From Bacillota bacterium (GTDB taxonomy: Bacteria; Bacillota; UBA4882; UBA8346), in contig JAEVYU010000065.1 of the NCBI GenBank assembly GCA_023392595.1, positions 8,344 through 72,343 of the forward strand: a stretch of 64,000 bases of DNA. Reading direction: 5' to 3'. This document shows, in pieces, positions 58,119 through 64,000 of this stretch. The notes below the pieces were generated by a model. The model was given only the letters and a program-made list of their open reading frames with translations. It was not told the origin of the DNA and searched no databases. Numbering within the stretch: position 1 is the first letter of the stretch; every line of letters begins with the position of its first letter. The position numbers were made by a program, and so were the translations under genes.

Positions 58119-59537
58119 TCACGACACTTGGTAAACTTGAAGTAGATTGGTTGACCCCGGTTCGTTGGTTCGGACTCCGGCGGTTAATACGATTAAATCA
58201 TCTTCCTTAATAAAACCGTTTTTCTTGGCCGCTTCGACACTTCCATCAAGCATGCTGTCAATATCTTGCGCAACCGGGACAATTAAAGGATAAACGCCCC
58301 AGGAAATCGTCAATTGCTGAGCCACTTTTTGAGATGGAGTAACTGCCACAATCGGAGCCTGCGGCCGATATTTGGAAACGGTCCTCGCCGTGCTTCCCGA
58401 TTGAGTCGAGCTAATAATAGCGGTGGCTTTCAGATCCAGAGCCGTTTGACATGTTGCATGGCTGATAGCATCGGCAACCGTAGGAAAAATACCAACTTTC
58501 TTCTGGTCCAAGAGTTGATCATACTGTAAAGAATTTTCAATCCGCTGCGCAGTCTTGGCCATCATTTCCACAGCTTCTATAGGATATTTACCGGCAGCAG
58601 TTTCTGCGGAAAGCATAATAGCATCGGTACCATCTAAAATAGCATGAGTAATATCAGTTATTTCAGCCCGTGTCGGTCTTGGATTTCGAATCATCGACTC
58701 CAACATTTCGGTAGCGGTGATAACCGGCTTCCCAGTACGGTTACATAAGTCTATCAAAGTTTTTTGGATGATAGGAACTTCCTCTAGAGGAACTTCAACC
58801 CCCAAATCGCCCCGGGCAACCATAATCCCATCGCAAGCTTGCAGAATTTCTTCGCTGTTCCTGAATCCTTCTTCGTTTTCTATTTTAGCAATTAAAAGTT
58901 GCTGACCGCCCAATTCCTTCACTAGCCTGCGGATTTCCAACAGATGTTCCGCTTTGCGGGCAAAGGAAACTGCTATAAAGTCGACTTGCTGCTTCACGAC
59001 AAATTCGATATCGGCCGGATCTTTTCCCATCAGAGCCGGCAAATTGACGGAAATACCCGGTAAAGTTACCCCTTTACGGGAAGTTAACTCTCCGCTATTT
59101 AAAACCTGGCATTCGACTTGAACATCCTTTAAGGCCACCACACTCAGATTGATCATGCCATCAGCCAGTAAAATTTTGCTTCCCACTTTAACATCTTGGA
59201 GCAACGTTGGATAATCGACATAAATAAACCCTTCGGTTTTATCCTTAGCCGAATCGGTCGTCAAATGAAGCCGGTCACCCTCGTTTAATATTAGTGGTTC
59301 TGTTTTGAGTTTTCCGATGCGAATTTTCGGGCCCTGAATATCGGCTAAAATTCCCACAGTCACTCCAAGCCGCGCGGCAGTTTCCCGTATTAAACGGATC
59401 CGCTCGGCATGTTCCTCGTAGGTACCGTGGGAGAAATTTAAGCGAGCAATATTCATCCCCGCTTTAATCATTTTTTCTAAAATTTGCGGATCTGTGCTGG
59501 AAGGTCCTATCGTACATATAATTTTTGTCTTTTTCAC
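58119..59537 (-). CDS. pyk: Pyruvate kinase (no PEP-utilizer extension)
   Basis: MKKTKIICTIGPS... and ...MVARGDLGVE... Confidence 0.95.
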   Translation of the reverse strand: MKKTKIICTIGPSSTDPQILEKMIKAGMNIARLNFSHGTYEEHAERIRLIRETAARLGVTVGILADIQGPKIRIGKLKTEPLILNEGDRLHLTTDSAKDKTEGFIYVDYPTLLQDVKVGSKILLADGMINLSVVALKDVQVECQVLNSGELTSRKGVTLPGISVNLPALMGKDPADIEFVVKQQVDFIAVSFARKAEHLLEIRRLVKELGGQQLLIAKIENEEGFRNSEEILQACDGIMVARGDLGVEVPLEEVPIIQKTLIDLCNRTGKPVITATEMLESMIRNPRPTRAEITDITHAILDGTDAIMLSAETAAGKYPIEAVEMMAKTAQRIENSLQYDQLLDQKKVGIFPTVADAISHATCQTALDLKATAIISSTQSGSTARTVSKYRPQAPIVAVTPSQKVAQQLTISWGVYPLIVPVAQDIDSMLDGSVEAAKKNGFIKEDDLIVLTAGVRTNEPGSTNLLQVYQVS

Positions 59538-59546
59538 AGATGCCTC

Positions 59547-60533
59547 CTAAACATTTGCCATAATGTTAACCAATTCAAGCTCCGCTGGATTGAGTGATTT
59601 TTTAGTATTAATAGCTTCATCTAAATTACAGACGCTAACTTGATTATTCGTATACCCAACCATCTTTTCACTTTCTCCCGCCAATAACAAATCAACGGCT
59701 TTTGCTCCCATCAATGTTGCGATTTTGCGGTCAAAAAATGTCGGTGTGCCACCCCGTTGCAAATGGCCTAAAATTGTAATCCGAACATCAAGGCCGGTCC
59801 GTAACGATAAGTAATTGCCTACTTTAAAAGAACTGGAATGTTCGATATTGTTCGGATCACCAAATAATCCTTCCGCAACCAATACAATACTATGCGACTT
59901 CTTACGCGAAGTATTCTCGAGAATTTGAGCCGCCAGACGTTCCAAATCGCATGGGATTTCCGGAACCAAAACCGCCTCCGCGCCCCCGGTCAGAGCTGCC
60001 GATACAGCTATAAATCCATTATTCTTTCCCATTACCTCAATAACACAAGTCCGGTTATGGGAGGAAGCAGTATCCCGTACTTTGTTCATAGCATCTAAAA
60101 CTGTATTCACGGCAGTATCAAATCCAATGGAATAATCGGTACAGCCGATATCGTTGTCAATCGTACCGGGAATTCCCACCGTTTGAAATCCCATTTTATT
60201 TAATACCTGAGCGCCACGGAAAGAACCGTCGCCGCCAATAATAACCAGTCCATTCAGTCCAAGCTTTTCCAATTGTTCTTTGGCCCTTGATTGCCCTTCC
60301 GGAGTTTTAAATTCAAGGCAACGAGCTGATTGTAGGATTGTACCACCCCGTTGAATAATATCTCCTACCGAACGGGAATCCATCTTAACCATATCGTCTT
60401 CCAAAATACCGCTATATCCCCGTTTAATGCCGTAAACCTCACACCCATGAAAAAGCGCTTTACGAACGATGGACCGAATCGCAGCATTCATTCCAGGGGC
60501 ATCGCCGCCACTAGTCAACACTCCAATCTTCAT
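59547..60533 (-). CDS. pfkA: ATP-dependent 6-phosphofructokinase
   Basis: MKIGVLTSGGDAPGMNAAIR and GGDGS...PGTIDND. GGAGG lies 5 nt before the ATG at 60533. Confidence 0.95.
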   Translation of the reverse strand: MKIGVLTSGGDAPGMNAAIRSIVRKALFHGCEVYGIKRGYSGILEDDMVKMDSRSVGDIIQRGGTILQSARCLEFKTPEGQSRAKEQLEKLGLNGLVIIGGDGSFRGAQVLNKMGFQTVGIPGTIDNDIGCTDYSIGFDTAVNTVLDAMNKVRDTASSHNRTCVIEVMGKNNGFIAVSAALTGGAEAVLVPEIPCDLERLAAQILENTSRKKSHSIVLVAEGLFGDPNNIEHSSSFKVGNYLSLRTGLDVRITILGHLQRGGTPTFFDRKIATLMGAKAVDLLLAGESEKMVGYTNNQVSVCNLDEAINTKKSLNPAELELVNIMANV

Positions 60534-60552
60534 TTTTGCCTCCGTTGTCCGT

Positions 60553-61521
60553 TTATTTTTCGTTGTATTTGCCATAATTACGATACCTCTTGTATCTGTC
60601 TTCTAACAGTATTTCAGGGGACATTTGCAATAAAGATTGCAAATGTTTCAAAACGGCAGTTTTTATATTCGTAGCCGCTTCAGTCGGATTTTTATGAGCT
60701 CCCCCTAATGGTTCCGGAATTACTTCATCGACGATTCCCAGTTTTAAGAGATTCGGAGCGCTAAATTGCAAAGCGTTGGACGCTTCGTTAGCCTTTGAAG
60801 CATCCTTCCACAAAATTGATGCGCAAGCTTCAGGAGAACAAACAGAATAATAAGCATTTTCCATGATTAAAACTCTATTACCGACACCCGTTGCCAAAGC
60901 GCCGCCGCTTCCTCCTTCTCCAGTAATCACCACCACAATAGGAACTTTCATATTGGCCATTTCCCGGATGTTACGCGCTAAAGCCTCGGCCTGACCGCGT
61001 TCTTCAGCTTCAATTCCGGGATAAGCTCCTACCACATCCACTAAACAAATAATGGGTCTATTAAATTTATTAGCCTGTTGCATCAGGCGTAATGCTTTAC
61101 GATACCCTTCCGGATAAGGAAGTCCGAAACTTCTTAAAATGTTTTCTTTCGTGTCCCGGCCTTTTTGTTGGCCTAAAATTGTGACCGGAATTCCCTCAAA
61201 AAAAGCCACTCCTCCTACCATAGCCGGGTCATCGCGAAAACTCCGGTCGCCATGAAGTTCAATAAAATCAGTACAAATCATTCCCACGTAATCCAAAAAA
61301 GTAGGCCGTTTAGGGTGACGGGCTATTTGCATTCGTTGTAAGGGTGATAAATTTTTATAAATTTCAGTACGCAGGGAATTGGCCTTCGATTCAAGCGCCA
61401 GGATCTGTTCTTCCATATCAATCCCTTTTTCCCTGGAAAACTGTTTAATCTCTTCAATCTGTTTTTCTAATTCTAATACAGGTTTTTCAAATTCCAATAT
61501 TGGACCCTGATTAATTGCCAT
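60553..61521 (-). CDS. accA: Acetyl-CoA carboxylase carboxyltransferase alpha subunit
   Basis: …RHPKRPTFLDY…, …TGEGGSGGALA…. The start overlaps the accD stop. Confidence 0.92.
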   Translation of the reverse strand: MAINQGPILEFEKPVLELEKQIEEIKQFSREKGIDMEEQILALESKANSLRTEIYKNLSPLQRMQIARHPKRPTFLDYVGMICTDFIELHGDRSFRDDPAMVGGVAFFEGIPVTILGQQKGRDTKENILRSFGLPYPEGYRKALRLMQQANKFNRPIICLVDVVGAYPGIEAEERGQAEALARNIREMANMKVPIVVVITGEGGSGGALATGVGNRVLIMENAYYSVCSPEACASILWKDASKANEASNALQFSAPNLLKLGIVDEVIPEPLGGAHKNPTEAATNIKTAVLKHLQSLLQMSPEILLEDRYKRYRNYGKYNEK

Positions 61522-62419
61522 CAACCCCACCTCCATTCGTATGCACTTTAAGTAGCTGAGTTAGGGTTGCTTTTAAATCCTTACGGTTGACAAGAATATC
61601 GACAATCCCGTGTTCCAATACGAACTGGGATGATTGAAAACCCTGCGGTAATGTTTGCCGTATGGTTTGTTGAATAATACGGGGGCCGGTAAAACCGATT
61701 AAGGCGTCCGGTTCGGCAATGATAATATCCCCCAGTGAAGCAAAACTTGCAAATACTCCTCCCATGGTAGGATCGGTTAAAAGTGAAATGTACAAACAAC
61801 CCGCTTCCGACAACCTGTTCAACGCCTGACTCGTTTTCGCCATTTGCATAAGAGAAAATATTCCCTCTTGCATTCTGGCCCCTCCGCCTCCGGCAGATAC
61901 AGCGATAAAAGGCAACTTTTCTTTGGTGGCGTATTCAATTGCGCGGGTAATTTTTTCACCGACGACCGAACCCATGGAGCCAGCCATAAATCCAAATTCA
62001 ATAATGGCAAGACTCACAGGGATGTCATTAATTAACGCCCGTCCAATAATCGCACCCTCATTGAGTTCCGTATTTTTCTGAGCTTTTTTGATTCGCGGCT
62101 CATATTCAGGGAAATTCAAAATATTAACCGTTTTTAAATTGGAATCAATTTCCTGAAAACCATCTTTATCGACCAATAATTCCAAACGTTCTTTGTAATT
62201 AATTCGAAAATGAAAATTACATTTCGGACAAACATTCAAATTTTTCTCCAGATCTTTATGGTAGGTAATTTGAGAACAGCGGTTGCACTTTACCCATAAC
62301 CCATCCGGAATTTCTTTCTTTTCTACAGCATCAATACGGCCATTGAATTGTTGTTGCTCGCTTTTAACTGTAATGTATTTCGGTTTCGTTTTAAAAAGAT
62401 CTTTTAACAAAAACTCCAC
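61511..62419 (-). CDS. accD: Acetyl-CoA carboxylase carboxyltransferase beta subunit
   Basis: Zinc ribbon CNRCSQ...CPKCNFH. The start is uncertain: the RBS AAGGAG favours TTG at 62410 over GTG at 62419. Confidence 0.9.
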   Translation of the reverse strand: MEFLLKDLFKTKPKYITVKSEQQQFNGRIDAVEKKEIPDGLWVKCNRCSQITYHKDLEKNLNVCPKCNFHFRINYKERLELLVDKDGFQEIDSNLKTVNILNFPEYEPRIKKAQKNTELNEGAIIGRALINDIPVSLAIIEFGFMAGSMGSVVGEKITRAIEYATKEKLPFIAVSAGGGGARMQEGIFSLMQMAKTSQALNRLSEAGCLYISLLTDPTMGGVFASFASLGDIIIAEPDALIGFTGPRIIQQTIRQTLPQGFQSSQFVLEHGIVDILVNRKDLKATLTQLLKVHTNGGGVDGN

Positions 62420-62543
62420 TCCTTAAGCTCATCTTAGTATTCTGGAGCATTTTACTAAAATATCAAAATTTCTATAAATTGTCATTAACTACATTTATTT
62501 CGTGATTCTAAGTAAATATCCTGCTCAATTAATTTCTATAAAA

Positions 62544-62765
62544 TCAAAACCTTTGAAGCGCATTGTTGATAACCTCATTTGCTTCCCCGATTTCCAATTG
62601 GGTAACCATGACTTCTACATTTTGTTCTTCCTTCACAGTTGAATTAGATTCTTTCAATTTCACCAGAATACCTTCTATTTCCAAAAGTTGTTTTAAGATT
62701 GCGGCTATTCTTCGATTTGGCGCTATGTAAACAGCAACCCACATTGAAAGAATCCCTCTTTCCAA
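62544..62765 (-). CDS. Hypothetical small protein, possibly DUF2007-like
   Basis: MWVAVYIAPNRRIAAILKQLLEIEGILVKLKE resembles the beta-alpha-beta pattern of DUF2007 domains. Weak call. Confidence 0.35.
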   Translation of the reverse strand: MERGILSMWVAVYIAPNRRIAAILKQLLEIEGILVKLKESNSTVKEEQNVEVMVTQLEIGEANEVINNALQRF

Positions 62766-62961
62766 TTTAAGCGCAAAAGCGCCTATATATCAGGATAAAT
62801 GAGTATATCAAGCTTGTCAAGTAAAAAAAACGAGAATTAACACAGTAGTAATCTCCTGGTATTTATTTTTAATAAAAAATTCAGAGTGTTCTCGATGAAA
62901 AAATAAAAAAAGTTTCGGAAGCCCAATAATCTAAAAAATATAAAGTCCTTCAAAAAAGATC

Positions 62962-64000
62962 TTATCCCATCGCATTCACCAGGTTTTTAAACAAGGTACC
63001 CCGTTCCTGGTAATTTTTAAACATATCGTAACTGGCACAGGCTGGCGATAACAGTACAACCTGGCCTGGCCCGGCAAGTTTTGTTGCCGTTTCCACAGCT
63101 TCCTCAAAAGTTTTGACCGGAGTGATCGGAAAATCTTCCCGGAAGTTTCTAACTGCGGCAATTATTTGGGGTCCGGTAACACCGATTACAACCAAATGCT
63201 TACATTGATTGACAATGACTGGGGCGAGTTTATCGAAGGGAAGATGTTTATCATAACCGCCGGCAATTAGAATCGTAGGTCTGGTCATGGCCATTAAACC
63301 GGCAATAGCCCGATCAGGCGTCGTGGAAATTGAATCGTTGTAAAAAAGTACCCCGTTTTTTTCCCGTATAAATTCCAAACGGTGTTCGACTCCACTGAAT
63401 TCTTCCACAACCGGGGTTAAATTCTCAAGAGGTACTCCGTTGATTCGTGCAGCTAACGAAGCAGTTAATATATTTTCAACGTTATGGTCACCTAAAAGTT
63501 TCAGGCGATTTCTGGTGGTCAATACCTCAGTCTGACCGTTCAGCCGGATTACCAACTTATCGTCTTCCAAACAAGCTCCTTCATCAAGGTTCCGCTTTCG
63601 GCTGAAATAATACAATTTTCCTTTTACTTTGTCGGAGAGGCCACGGGTAATTTCATTGTCATAATTGAGAATAGCAATATCCTTTTCGCTTTGATACTGT
63701 AAAATATTGCTTTTGGCTTGGATATATTCCTCCATGGACGCATGAATATCCAGATGGTTGGGAGTTATATTGGTAATAATCGACAATTGCGGACTTTTGC
63801 TAACCGTTTGAAGTTGAAAACTGCTAAGTTCGAGAACAACCTTAGAAGATTGGTTCATGGCCGGCAACTGGTCCATCAAAGAACGTCCAATATTGCCACC
63901 GACAAAAGTAGCAGGAAAAGCGGATGCCATCATTAGTCCAATCAACGTGGTGGTTGTAGTCTTACCGCTGCTGCCGGTAATCCCAGTGATTTGACCCGGG
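62962..64000 (-). CDS. murD: MurD-like Mur ligase (UDP-MurNAc-L-Ala:glutamate ligase family), N-terminus beyond the window edge
   Basis: The reading frame continues to 64000 (…ITGSSGKTTTTTLIGL). Also GGNIG, LELSSFQL, NITPNHLDIH, GDHNVEN, GVEHRLE and LLSPACASYDMFKNYQERG. Confidence 0.8.
   Translation of the reverse strand, partial: PGQITGITGSSGKTTTTTLIGLMMASAFPATFVGGNIGRSLMDQLPAMNQSSKVVLELSSFQLQTVSKSPQLSIITNITPNHLDIHASMEEYIQAKSNILQYQSEKDIAILNYDNEITRGLSDKVKGKLYYFSRKRNLDEGACLEDDKLVIRLNGQTEVLTTRNRLKLLGDHNVENILTASLAARINGVPLENLTPVVEEFSGVEHRLEFIREKNGVLFYNDSISTTPDRAIAGLMAMTRPTILIAGGYDKHLPFDKLAPVIVNQCKHLVVIGVTGPQIIAAVRNFREDFPITPVKTFEEAVETATKLAGPGQVVLLSPACASYDMFKNYQERGTLFKNLVNAMG

Overview
This 64-kb window looks like a chromosomal segment from an endospore-forming Firmicute, judged from its gene content and Bacillus/Clostridia-like gene order. 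Conserved blocks are tig-clpP-clpX-lonB, ytfI-ytfJ, a divergent Ca-ATPase/rqcH pair, groES-groEL behind a perfect CIRCE operator, cysteine desulfurase-mnmA, ruvX-DUF1292 and accD-accA-pfkA-pyk. I call about 65 protein genes, most on the minus strand, plus one tRNA-Leu(UAG). I see no rRNA, transposase, integrase, reverse transcriptase, cas gene or real CRISPR array, so most of the window is housekeeping. All product calls come from reading motifs in the supplied translations; no database search was run. Start codons were moved only where a Shine-Dalgarno sequence supports an internal start. Items worth a second look, best first: (1) two overlapping large uncharacterized envelope-protein genes (47996-51773) sitting where Bacillus has alaS-yrzL upstream of ruvX; (2) a secreted EEP nuclease/phosphatase with an unassigned Trp-rich beta-rich C-terminal domain (11103-12572), divergent from phoU-nptA across a 370-bp spacer holding mutually exclusive helices (10856-11025); (3) two diverged copies of a degenerate mini-GNAT protein, each paired with a GntR-superfamily regulator (896-4753); (4) a HutP-family protein lacking two metal-binding His residues, fused into an operon with aroH-hisC; (5) a MurD-like ligase outside a dcw context with the conserved Lys of NDSKATN replaced; (6) a two-copy 31-32-nt direct repeat with a 31-nt spacer after a csoR-copZ operon that lacks copA; (7) a stand-alone Pif1-family helicase; (8) an unusually long compound hairpin terminator after trxA.
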